Source of the DNA: Azolla caroliniana
Lineage: Eukaryota; Plantae; Polypodiophyta
Length of the DNA: 64,000 nt
Assembly: GCA_043228905.1 (NCBI GenBank)
Contig: JBHGNT010000005.1
Location: 20,088,001 to 20,152,000 of the forward strand
Direction of reading: 5' to 3'
Part shown: positions 24,308 through 34,671 of the stretch, in pieces
How positions within the stretch are numbered: the stretch's first letter is position 1
Layout of the letters: each line of letters opens with the position of its first letter
Notes under the pieces: model-generated
Databases searched by the model: none
Told to the model about the DNA's origin: nothing
The model's input: only the letters and a program-made list of their open reading frames with translations
Made by a program: the position numbers and the translations under genes

Positions 24308-24824
24308 TGTCGTGAAGATTTTCGTCCATAGGCGAAAACTGGGGTGGAATAGGCAAATCGGTGGTGTGCACCATGTGCACATGTATACTAGGAAATGGTG
24401 TATAGAGATAAGAGGGGGAAATTTTATCCCACATTGTAAGGTCCCTCCCTCCTTGGGCTATAAAAGGGAGGGGTCACTTATGAAGGGGTTGCCTATTTTG
24501 AGGGAGAGAGGCATACCACTTAGGTCGAGGGTTTCCTATTCGGTTTTAGGGTTTCGGTTAGGGTTTTCTTCTTGGGTTTTCCTTTAGGGTTTTTCTCATA
24601 GTCATTTGGTGCGGCCATGGCGGCCACCATTGTAAAGCATTTATGCTTCCTTAAGCTAACTTGTTGAGCATCTTGCCCCTTCTATTCTATGTTATTGTCT
24701 TATTTCTTCTCACCTCCTCTTGAGCTAAGCTTCCATTTTGTGTCTTATTCTTTCTCCTCTACTCCCTAGTCCAAGACCCCCGTGGTCCCGCCCCTTCTAC
24801 ACGCACGCGCGTAACAACGTGACA
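24308..24824 (+). repeat. 5' LTR of the gag-only element
   Basis: TGTCGTGAAG...ACGTGACA. TATA (CTATAAAAG) near 24458. Telomere-like TAGGGTTT motifs at 24544-24593. Confidence 0.95.
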
Positions 24825-24828
24825 TCTT

Positions 24829-24846
24829 TGGTGAACCCGACGTGAA
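24829..24846 (+). promoter_or_regulatory. Primer-binding site complementary to cytosolic tRNA-Trp
   Basis: TGGTGAACCCGACGTGAA is the reverse complement of the plant tRNA-Trp 3' end TTCACGTCGGGTTCACCA as I recall it. It lies 4 nt after the LTR end. Confidence 0.88.
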
Positions 24847-24861
24847 GGGCGGCAAGGGAGC

Positions 24862-27324
24862 ATGGAGGTGGAAGAAGACTTCGACTTCGAGGAGATGATG
24901 GCAAAGATCGTAATGGATGCGCGACGGAAAAGGGCGAGGCGAGATGCGGCTCAACAAACCGTCGAGAGGGTGGTCGATCGAGTCGGCCGATTCAACGGGG
25001 ACGATGTCCCGAGGTTCTTGGAAGCGTACAATGCCGAGATGACGGAGTGGGGCGTGGACGAAGCGATGCGGCTAGAGTATTTTCGTCGAGTGGCGGCCGT
25101 ATCGGTGCATAAAGAGGTCAAGGAGCTTCAAGAAGCTCACGAGTCATGGGAGTCCTTCGACGGAGCTCTAATGGAGGCATACGGATACGCGAAACCAAAG
25201 TGGGTATGCCGGCAATATGATGGGGAGCGGTCGGCAGCGACTTGGCCCGCGAGCGACGGAAAAGAGAGGGCGGTGGGTGGCTACACACCACCGCCGGAAG
25301 AGAGCTTGACGCACGATCAACCGGAGGAGTACGACTTCGAGGCGTTGGTATGGGAGGCGTGCGAGAGCGTGAAGGTGAAGTTCGAAGCCAAGGAAGGGCT
25401 TATTACGGAGTTGGGCCCAAGCGGATCGAAGGATGCGGAGGAAGAAGCCTCCCTACGCGTGGAGACATCAAGTGGGGAGGAGACAAGAAGCGGTGTCGGG
25501 TCCTTACCCACACCGATTCTAGAGACTCCGGCATCCGGCTCGAGAGCCGGTGTGAGACCTAGAGTGATGAACGGTGGCGGCGGCAAGGCAGGCAACCAAG
25601 ACGATGGCAAGGAGATCAAGGAAGAGGAGGTGGCAAGCGTAATCAAGGCTTCCGCGATCGGGGACGGGGTAGCCACGGACAACGACGTCCAGATAGAGGT
25701 GGCTACGGACATAACGAGCGGCGGTGCCGCGACCTTACACACACCAGTCCTAGAGGCTCCAACGGTCGGCCCGAGTGCCGGCGTGAGACCTAGAGCGACG
25801 GGCGGTGGCGGCGGCAAGGCGGGCAACCGAGACGACGACATGGAAGAGACGGCGGCAAGCGTAATCGAGGCTTGCGCAATCGGAGGCGGGGTAGCCGCGG
25901 ACAATGACGTCCGGACGAAAGCGGCTACGGACACAACGAGTGGGGGTGTCGGGTCCTTACGCACACCGGCCCTAGAGGCTCCGGCGGTGGGCCCGAGAGC
26001 CCACGTGAGACCTAGAGCGACGGGCGGTGGCAGCGGCAAAGTGGACGATCGAAACGACGACGAGGAAGGTCATAGCGGACGGAGGAGAGACCCCTCGACA
26101 CCGAGACTAGAGACTACACCGGTTGCGCTCGAATGCCAACGTAAGACCGGAGACAAGGACGGTGGTCGTGAGGAGGCATGGCCCGGTACGAACACGTGCG
26201 AAGATGAGGATGCGAGGCCCAGAACGGGCATATACAAGAGGACCGACGGAGAGGTCGGGAACGGCAAGGAGGAGAGAGTCAGGAACCGACTCGACCGGAA
26301 GATGAACCGGTCGATAATCCGGCACGACCGAAATACGACGTGGAAGACGATTGGAGCGGGGTTCGGTCAACTGGGCCCGAACCGAAGAAGAGCCGGCAAG
26401 GCCAGATTTGTTTGTACAAACATGTACCAGCCGGTTACGATTACGGAAGGGAGACGACCAAACCGGAACTCGATTGGCCGAGCCCGATCCGGGCGAAGGC
26501 TAAGTCGGCATGATTGGAGGTCGAGGCGAACGAGCCACAACACCCGATGGGAGCCGGTGAGCATGAGAAGGAGGCTAACCGGGCACAGTGATTACGGCTT
26601 GGCGGAAGACCGAGAGCAAGGGAAACCCTCCACACCTATTCTTGAGACTTCGGCGGTTGCGGATCAACATAAGACTGAAGAGACGGCAGGTGGCGGCGAG
26701 GAGTTAGAGGCCGATGCGGAGTTGGAGACCGGTGTAGATATCCGGTATGGAATAATGGACGAGCGGGGCCAAGACGGCAAGCCCGAGTCGGAATGGGCTA
26801 CGGCAACGAAGGATGAAGAGACCAACGCGAAGGTCGAGTCTACGGTGGATGAGGCGCGTAATACGAAGTATGCCCTACGGCGTAAAACGGAGCATGCACT
26901 ACGGCTGGCGAAGGGCCTAGAAGCAAGCGTGCATTCGGAGGAGCCGCAACGAGTGACCGACGATGACGGTCGAAGGAAGCCTTCGAGAGGCAAGCGCGGG
27001 ACGACAGACGGTGCGATGAGACGCCAAGATCGACGGAACGAGACGAGCGTGATCGGCATGAACGAAGGATTGTGTCTGGGAAAACGGAGGGGATGCGTGG
27101 AGAACGGAGGGTCAGGTACCATGAAGAGAAAATGGGGCATCCCGAAGGATGTGTGCGGCCGAGCGGGCCAAGCGGGCCAAGAGGGCGCAAGTCGAGGCGA
27201 GGCAGTAACGAGAGCCTCGAGGGACACCGACACGGAGGTCGGGATGACGATACGCTCTACTACGAGAGAGCACGGAGAGCAAGGGAGAATAGAGGTGTGC
27301 GTAATGGGGTCACCTAAGGGCTAA
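24862..27324 (+). CDS. Gag capsid N-terminal-like domain fused to repetitive low-complexity region (820 aa)
   Basis: ATG 15 nt after the PBS. VERVVDRVGRFNGDDVPRFLEAYNAEM resembles host Gag [27 protein letters not shown]. Rest is G/E/R/T-rich with repeats. Confidence 0.75.
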   Translation: MEVEEDFDFEEMMAKIVMDARRKRARRDAAQQTVERVVDRVGRFNGDDVPRFLEAYNAEMTEWGVDEAMRLEYFRRVAAVSVHKEVKELQEAHESWESFDGALMEAYGYAKPKWVCRQYDGERSAATWPASDGKERAVGGYTPPPEESLTHDQPEEYDFEALVWEACESVKVKFEAKEGLITELGPSGSKDAEEEASLRVETSSGEETRSGVGSLPTPILETPASGSRAGVRPRVMNGGGGKAGNQDDGKEIKEEEVASVIKASAIGDGVATDNDVQIEVATDITSGGAATLHTPVLEAPTVGPSAGVRPRATGGGGGKAGNRDDDMEETAASVIEACAIGGGVAADNDVRTKAATDTTSGGVGSLRTPALEAPAVGPRAHVRPRATGGGSGKVDDRNDDEEGHSGRRRDPSTPRLETTPVALECQRKTGDKDGGREEAWPGTNTCEDEDARPRTGIYKRTDGEVGNGKEERVRNRLDRKMNRSIIRHDRNTTWKTIGAGFGQLGPNRRRAGKARFVCTNMYQPVTITEGRRPNRNSIGRARSGRRLSRHDWRSRRTSHNTRWEPVSMRRRLTGHSDYGLAEDREQGKPSTPILETSAVADQHKTEETAGGGEELEADAELETGVDIRYGIMDERGQDGKPESEWATATKDEETNAKVESTVDEARNTKYALRRKTEHALRLAKGLEASVHSEEPQRVTDDDGRRKPSRGKRGTTDGAMRRQDRRNETSVIGMNEGLCLGKRRGCVENGGSGTMKRKWGIPKDVCGRAGQAGQEGASRGEAVTRASRDTDTEVGMTIRSTTREHGEQGRIEVCVMGSPKG
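25491..26065 (+). repeat. In-frame coding tandem repeat, about 222-231 bp x 2.5
   Basis: Units start at 25491, 25722 and 25944 (GxLxTPxLExP...VRPRxxGGGGKAGNxDD). Partial copies near 26093 and 26630. Confidence 0.9.
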
Positions 27325-28047
27325 AGAATGAGCGCATATTCGGGGGACAACATCGGCGCACGGGAAGAGCTTACGAAAGGCAAGTGCGGAGCGGGAAGAG
27401 TCGACACACTGAGGTGTTCGGCATGCGGAGACGATAAAACCAAAGGAGGAACATACGCGGCACGAAAAGGGCGGGATCCAGAGTGCGATCGGAGAGATCG
27501 GGAGCGCACCCGTAGGACATACGAGCCTTTGCGAGGAATGCACGCGGCGAGAGACGGAGCAGTGAGGTGCCGGTATCAGTGGATGATCGGCGAGCATGGA
27601 AGGCTATGTCTTGAGAACCAGGGGAGGTGTGTGGAGAGCAATGGACTACGCGCCGGGAAGAGGAAGCGCGGCGTCCTGGAAGGCATTCGAGGCCAAGCGG
27701 GCCAAGAGGATGAGAGTCGAGATGAAGCGGTAACGGGAGTCACGAAGGACACTAACATGGTGGTCGGGATGACGGTATGCTCTACGGTGAGAGAGCACGG
27801 CGAGCAAAGGAGAAGCGAGGAGTGCGTAATGAGGTCGCCGAGGGACCAAAGAACGAGCGCATGTTCGGGAGACAACAAGGGCACACGGAAAGAGCCTACG
27901 GAAGGTGAGCGCAGAACGGAGGGAATCGGCACGAGGTGTACGAGACGAAGAGAGGATCGAGCCGGAGATAGAACACAAGCGGTAGGCGAGGGGCGGAATC
28001 CGGCGAGCAAACGGGGTGACCGAGGGCCTAATCGGAGGACCTACGTG
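27049..28047 (+). repeat. Diverged in-frame duplication, about 525-534 bp x 2
   Basis: 27049-27525 versus 27583-28047 (LCL...CVE...GQAGQE...EAVT...DT...VGMT..ST.REHGEQ...CVM.SP). Confidence 0.88.
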
Positions 28048-28671
28048 GCAGACAAAGTAAGAGTGACCGGATCGGCAATGGCGTTCGGGAGGACCGACCG
28101 GGGAGGAAGGCGCATGCGGTGGATATGGCGGTTCGGATGGAGTCGATGTTTCGGGGACACACGGTGGACGTGGTGCATCAGTTGGAGCCATCGGCTCGAG
28201 GACGTGCGATGGATACGGTGGAACGGGATGCTACGACGGTTCGGACGGGCATGCTCGAAATGGAAAACGAAGCCGAGCAAGGCCAACGAGGACACAATGG
28301 ACCTCGGTTTTATCACCATGGCCGCAAAATCTCACCTCTTCTCCTTTCTTGGCACATACCGGTGGATGTGCGGTTTGGTGGGGGCGGATGTCGTGAAGAT
28401 TTTCGTCCATAGGCGGAAACTGGGGTGGAATAGGCAAATCGGTGGTGTGCACCATGTGCACATGTATACTAGGAAATGGTGTATAGAGATAAGAGGGGGA
28501 ATTTTATCCCACATTGTAAGGTCCCTCCCTCCTTGGGCTATAAAAGGAAGGGAGGGGTCACTTATGAAGGGGTTGCCTATTTTGAGGGAGAGAGGCATAC
28601 CACTTAGGTCGAGGGTTTCCTATTCGGTTTTAGGGTTTTGGTTAGGGTTTTCTTCTTGGGTTTTCCTTTAG
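27328..28671 (+). CDS. In-frame continuation of the gag-only ORF, running into the 3' LTR
   Basis: Same frame as 24862. Separated only by TAA 27322-27324, which aligns with CAA 27847-27849 in the sister repeat. Confidence 0.5.
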   Translation: MSAYSGDNIGAREELTKGKCGAGRVDTLRCSACGDDKTKGGTYAARKGRDPECDRRDRERTRRTYEPLRGMHAARDGAVRCRYQWMIGEHGRLCLENQGRCVESNGLRAGKRKRGVLEGIRGQAGQEDESRDEAVTGVTKDTNMVVGMTVCSTVREHGEQRRSEECVMRSPRDQRTSACSGDNKGTRKEPTEGERRTEGIGTRCTRRREDRAGDRTQAVGEGRNPASKRGDRGPNRRTYVADKVRVTGSAMAFGRTDRGGRRMRWIWRFGWSRCFGDTRWTWCISWSHRLEDVRWIRWNGMLRRFGRACSKWKTKPSKANEDTMDLGFITMAAKSHLFSFLGTYRWMCGLVGADVVKIFVHRRKLGWNRQIGGVHHVHMYTRKWCIEIRGGILSHIVRSLPPWAIKGREGSLMKGLPILRERGIPLRSRVSYSVLGFWLGFSSWVFL

Positions 28672-28908
28672 GGTTTTTCTCATAGTCATTTGGTGCAACC
28701 ATGGCGGCCACCATTGTAAAGCATTTATGCTTCCTTAAGCTAACTTGTTGAGCATCTTGCCCCTTCTATTCTATGTTATTGTCTTATTTCTTCTCACCTC
28801 CTCTTGAGCTAAGCTTCCATTTTGTGTCTTATTCTTTCTCCTCTACTCCCTAGTCCAAGACCCCCGTGGTCCCGCCCCTTCTACACGCACGCGCGTAACA
28901 ACGTGACA
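28389..28908 (+). repeat. 3' LTR of the gag-only element
   Basis: Near-identical to 24308-24824, preceded by PPT GGTTTGGTGGGGGCGGA. Confidence 0.95.
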
Positions 28909-29417
28909 CCGGATTGGAAACATCAAAGAGCACGTAGTTGCATTGATTGATCATGGATCAGAGATCAACTTGATGTCCAAGGAGTTCTACCGGAAGGGAA
29001 AGTGGCCTATTAACGTCAATCATGGATGGAAGATCCGCGCAGCCACTAAAGCAACGGAAGACCTATCTGTGGCTTGTCCGTAGAAAAGAAGGTGAAATCG
29101 CCAATAGTGAACAAAAGAGGAAAGAAGTCTCTGGAGATCCAACACTTCGGAAGTCCATGGATATCGGACATACCTTCACAAATGATACCCGGAAGAAACT
29201 CTAGATCGGTGGAGATTAGTTCCTCTTATCGAAGGAAGAAGAAAGATTTTGGAGATGTTGGAGCATCATGGAAAATCATTCGCATTCACATCAAGAGAGA
29301 TAGGGTGCATTGATCCAAAGATAGTGGAGCCGATGGTGATCTTCACGATTGAACATGTGTCGAGGAACCTGAAGCTTATTCCGGTGCCATGGGAGTATAT
29401 TCCATAAAATCATTGAC

Positions 29418-30624
29418 TTGCTCAAGGAGAAGGTGGTGATGGACATTCTAGAGCCATCAAATGCTTCGTACTCAGATCGATGGTTTACGATTCTGAAGAA
29501 GAATGGGTCCCTCCGGTTCATTCAAGATTTGCAACTGGTGAACAAGGTCATGATTCGGAACTCCAGAGTCGGTCCAATAGTGGATGAATTTGCAGATGCA
29601 TTTGCCAGATGCACGATATACTCCATCGGGGACCTATACTCCGAGTATTACCAATTCCAACTAGCTGTGGAGAGCCGAGATATCACTACAATGTGGACAC
29701 TAATAGGACTAGTCCATATGTGTACGCTACCACAAGGAGCGACGAACTCGGTCGCACATATGATGAATGTGATGAACAAGGTGCTCCGAGATTGCATCCC
29801 GGAGATAACAATGTCGTTCCTAGATGACATTCTGATGAAAGGATGTGCGGTGGAAGAAAAGGATGAGAATATGGATGATCGGGAATGTCGTAAGTTCATA
29901 GTCGATCATATTCGCAACTGTGAGAAAGTGCTACAGAAGTTAGAAGATGCGCACTTAATACTCTTCGGAGAGAAATCGGCATTCGGACAAGAAGAGATAT
30001 TGGTAGTCAAACATCTATGTGGGCCCTACGGCCGAAGTCCGTCACCAATCAAGATCGATGCGATTCAAGCTATGAAAGAAATATGTGATTCACAATCCGA
30101 AGTCCGTAGATTTCTTGGTGCGTGTGCATTTTATCACATATGGATTCCGCACTATGCACACATTGCGGACCCACTCTATCACTTGTTGCGGAAGGGTAAG
30201 AAGTTCGAATGGAGACCGGAACATACCAAAGCCATGAAGAAGTTCAAGAAAACACTACAGAGGGTGGAAGCACTTAAGAAGCCAAACTATGACCGACCGA
30301 TCATAGTGACGGTTGATACAAGTCCAATCGGGATCGGATGGGTCATCAACCAAGTTGACTCGGATGGTTCACGATACCCGATTCGATTTAGAGCAAAGGT
30401 TCTCAATGAAAGACAACGCGGATGCACAAGTCAAAAGAGAATTATGGGGAGTCGTGTCAGCAATAAAATCAGATCGAGATTATTTGATCGGAGACAAAGT
30501 AGTGATTGAAACGGATTGTCTTCCAATACTCGGGATGGTGCGATGTTGCAAGGTACCGGGTGTAGCCGATGTGGCTATGCTAAGATGGATTGCATATGTA
30601 AAGTCACTTAATCCGGAGGTTTGA
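29418..30624 (+). pseudogene. Gypsy RT-RNase H of the host element
   Basis: GSLRFIQDLQLVNK, LPQGATNS, FLDDIL, VRRFLG, VTVDTSPIGIGW, ETDCLPI. Frameshifted. Confidence 0.9.
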
Positions 30625-32209
30625 CACATTTCGGCGAAAGACAACACGGTAGCGGATATGTTATCAAGGGCCCGGTTCGAGGATGACATAGTTGAACCAG
30701 ATAATGAAAAAGTTTTCGAATACTACTTTACTTCGAAGCACATATGCCGGCTGAACATGATTCGGGAGTTCCAGGAAGACGAAGACGAATACGAGGGAGA
30801 CAGCTTACTGATCGGGAAAGTGCTACAAGAAATCGAAGAATCATCGGACAATAAAGAAAGGAGAGCCGAGCCGAAGGAAGAAACGACAAGTTCGGAAGTT
30901 CTTCTTGAACAATGGATTAATTTGGAGGGACCCGAAAAGACTAGATGGTATACCACTCCGAGTAGTCGGCACAAAGGAACAACAGAAACAAGTAATATCC
31001 AAATTTCACAAATCCGATTGTGTTGGACATCGGGGAACATGGGCAACATTTGCAAAGATCAAGCAAAAATATTGGTGGAAGAATTTGTACAAGGATGTAG
31101 CGGATTTCACCAAAAGTTGACTCCGGAGTTCAATACCAGGACGAATTACATCCAACATTCTCACCGACAATCAACTTTAAATGGATGGTCGACATCGTGG
31201 CCATGCCGACCGGGATCGGACAAAAGAAGTACTTGGTTCTATCTCAGAAGGATCTGACGAACCAAGTAGAAGGTCGGGCGCTACGGAGAAAAACATGTTT
31301 TGCAGTATGCCAATTTCTCCTGGAAGAAGTGTTATGTAGGTACAGGTGCGTAGGAGAAGTGATTGCGGATCGGGGAGAACTTGACTCTGATAAGATAGGG
31401 AATTCTTCGCTAAACATGGAGTACGGCTGACACTAACCACAACATACAACCCAAATGCAAACGGGAAGATTGAATGAGGACATAGTCCAATCGTGAAAGC
31501 ACTTGCAAAAGCGTGCGACGGGGGGGTGAAGAATTGGCCGCAAATGCTTCTGCATAGTTCCGATTGGATATATGCCAATGGAACTTATGACCAGACAAGC
31601 TCCGGTAATGCCTACGGAAACCACAATTACATGGACGGTACTACCATGGAAGGAAGAGTTGAGTCAGGAAGAACTACTAACAGTCTGGATACCATAGCTA
31701 GAAGGAAGACCGGAAGATGTAGTGGAAGTTGTGCACCGACAATAAGAAGCGAAATTTTGGAACAAACGTTGATTCGATAAAAAGCACTAACTTTGACTGC
31801 TACATATTGAAGAAGGGGATTGGGTAATAGTCTACGACAGTAGTCTGGATCATCAACACAACTCAATACAGGAATTTGCTAAAAGGTGGTTCAGACCATA
31901 CAAAGTTCGAAAAACATTCGACAACGGAACTTATTGGCTAAGTGAGCTAGATGGAACAATTCTTTGAGTGCCTATAGCGGGGAAGTGGGTGAAGATTTTC
32001 AAGAAACAAATTAACGAAGAACCCTATGTAGTCTTAGACAAACCCGACACAAAGGAGCAATCGAATAACAATCACGAAGGTGCGGAAAGTGAGTTGGCTT
32101 TAATAATCGACATAGGGGAAGAGGCAAAGGGTGCTTCAGATGAAGAAGAGTAACAAGTATTGGAAACTTCAGCACATACCGGAGGATGCGTAGGTTAGGA
32201 GGGGGTGAG

Positions 32210-32949
32210 TGTTGTAGTGTACTTTGTACACTGCGTAAAATATGTGTGGAGAACCCGATTGACTAAGTATAAAGAAATAGGAAAAGAAAAATACTAAAAT
32301 AATTACATTATATGCATAGGGCAAGACTTGAACCCTATACCTCCATGTTAATAATTTGTAGCTTTACCATTATATTAACACATCATAAGTGTTAAAAAAG
32401 TAGATATCCCACATACAAAGATTATTTCACATATATTTTTTTTAGGAAATGCTACTTTTACACGTAGAGTGCATAAAACTTTAGTTAGAAGAATACGCAT
32501 GATCGAAAATTAAGGTTCTTCATGCACATTTCACGTGCATGAACACTATTATTAGAAGAAAAAGCATGAAGTCTATAGTTCGAAAAAGCATGGGTTGCTA
32601 TATACTTAGTCACTCCTATCATTATATAAGGGTGGGGAGCAAATTGTAATGGTTGTTGATTCTTGGGTTTTTTATTACGATCTAAATATTGATTAATATA
32701 ATACTTGTGGGATTCACAAGTTTTGATCTCTTTTTTCAATCTATTCTAAATTATTTCAATTTAATACTATGATTTTAAATATTAAGTTAAACTAGTTCAC
32801 TATATTTGTGGGATTCACAAACTTCTACCTCTCTTTCTTATAATCTATTTATATATTCTTATTAACCTTAAAACTCTCCTCCTCCTAGTCCAAAACCCCA
32901 GCGATTCCCACCTAACTCACGCAACGATCCGGCGCTGAAAGGCACGACA
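32210..32949 (+). repeat. 3' LTR of the host gypsy
   Basis: Follows a PPT, TGTTGTA...GCACGACA ends, AT-rich. Copia RT/RNase H resumes immediately after. Confidence 0.72.
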
Positions 32950-34202
32950 GCACACTGAATACTCAGGTACGTTAGTGGCCCTTAGGATCAGTGTAGTCAG
33001 ACCGTTGGTCAGCTACACGGATGTCGACTGGGCCGGAAATGCTGACGATCGAAGGTCAACTTCTGGATTTACGTTTTCACTTGGAAGTGTTGCGATCACC
33101 TAGAGCAGCAAGAAACAGCCAACAGTTGCACTTTTGAGCACTGAGGCCGAGTATCGAGGAGCAGCTATCGCAACGTGTGAAGCCATTTGGCTCAAGAGGC
33201 TGCTCAAGGATTTGCAGATGGAGGTGTTTGATCCGACGACGATCTATTGTGACAACTTTAGCAGTATCCAGTTGGCAAAGAATCCCATTTTCCACACCCG
33301 GATCAAGCACATTGAGGTGCATTACCATTTTGTCCGTGAGTGTGTACTCTCCGGTGAAGTCGAACTAGTATATGTTCTAACGGATCGGCAGGCGGCCGAT
33401 ATCTTCACCGAACCATTCGGCTTGGACAAGTTGAGGCAATTTTCGGGCATGTTTGGTATGTGGCGCCTCAATGTGCCGACCTTGAGGGGGAGGAATGAAA
33501 CGGGGAGAGATGGTCGAGCCGGAATAGAAGACGTTAGGGAAGCCGAAGCAGATACCAAACTCAATTTCGGTCCAACAGAAGAAGTTGGAGTGTTCGGGTC
33601 GGCTAAAGAAGCCGAGGATGGATGGACATATGCAGATAGGACAGACAAGTGGAGGCTTATCAGACGTAGGGCGAGCGACCATAAGGGAAAGCTGTAGCCC
33701 AAGCCAACCGAAAAGGTGAAGGTAAAGCCAAGATGCCTAAGAAGACCAAGACACGAACGTCATCTGATTTCGTGAAGGGTTTGAAGATCGGAGAAGACTT
33801 GGAGATAGCCAGCTCAAACGAAGAAGAGAACGAGTCGGAGACAACCGATTCGGCCGAAAATCGAAGTGAACTGGAAGCTCCTGATTCAATCAAAATGTTC
33901 GATTCAGAGGAGCCAAATCGATTGGTCAAGTGGTCGAAAGCACAATGGAAGTCGACATCGAATGGAGGAGTCGACGGGTCGAGAAGCGCCAGAATCACGA
34001 CAACAACGAAACTTACTTGGAACAAAGGAGCAAACAAACCGACCAAGAAGGCCGAGGTGCACACAAGCGGATGGGTTGTGGGAAGAGGAACCGAACCAGA
34101 GGAGGAGCGTTAGCTAGGTGGGAAGACGCCAGGAGGAGCCGGAGAAGAGGACCGGCGGACACAGACACAACGATCCGACCTCAAGTTGAGCTTGAGGGGG
34201 AG

Positions 34203-34671
34203 TGTTGAGCGGACAAGCTCAACCGAATTCGGATCGGCTGAATAAGCCAGAGCCGGATTGGTATCCGGCTCGTATCCGAATCAAGGAGTCGGATCGGTAT
34301 CCGAAAATTGGAGAACCAAACCGTACTCCGGAATAGTGTGAACCGGTAGGCCATTAGAGCCCTATGGTCTAAGACTAGTACGTAGGCATATTCCTTAGAA
34401 TTAGTGTAGAGGCTCATTTATGAGCATCCAAGTATTTATAGTACTTGTTTTAGTCCATGTAAGGACTTGCATAAAAAGTGTTCTTTAGGAAATCGTATGT
34501 ACAGAGTGTTATTATTTTGAAATTAAGTTTGGTTCTGCTCTCTCTCTCTCTATGTGTCTCTCCTGCGTATGTGTGTTAAGGATTCCATTAAACCTTCATC
34601 TCTACTTTCTGTGGTCTGTTGCTATCCGGAGAAGCCGGTTATCTTAGCTTCCGCACGCTATCATTTTTACA
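34203..34671 (+). repeat. 3' LTR of copia 13871-34671
   Basis: After PPT, direct repeat of 13871-14301, followed by TSD AAACA. Confidence 0.9.

Larger units (their letters stand above)
24308..28908 (+). mobile_element. Young non-autonomous gag-only (TR-GAG-like) Ty3/gypsy-related LTR element
   Basis: LTRs 24308-24824 and 28389-28908 (4 substitutions and 2 small indels counted by eye). tRNA-Trp PBS, PPT 28372-28388, 4-bp TSD CTGG/CCGG. No PR, RT, RH or IN motifs. Confidence 0.93.
17241..32949 (+). mobile_element. Decayed Ty3/gypsy (non-chromovirus), 5' LTR deleted
   Basis: Gag ([15 protein letters not shown]; CIWCDHTEHDRKDC knuckle), protease ALIDHGSEINLM (28940-28975), RT SFLDDIL, RNase H VTVDTSPIGIGW, integrase. 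PPT GGTTAGGAGGGGGTGAG, 3' LTR 32210-32949. Confidence 0.88.
13871..34671 (+). mobile_element. Decayed Ty1/copia with both LTRs, carrying nested insertions
   Basis: LTRs 13871-14301 and 34203-34671 (TGTTGAG...TTTTACA). PBS TGGTATTAGAG 14302-14312. PPT TTGAGGGGGAG before 34203. TSD GAACA/AAACA. gag-PR-IN-RT at 14404-17240, RNase H resumes at about 32960. Confidence 0.9.

Noticed and set aside
25317-28319. Long antisense ORFs in the gag-only element
   Set aside because: Expected shadows of a GC-rich repetitive sense ORF, with no recognisable motifs.
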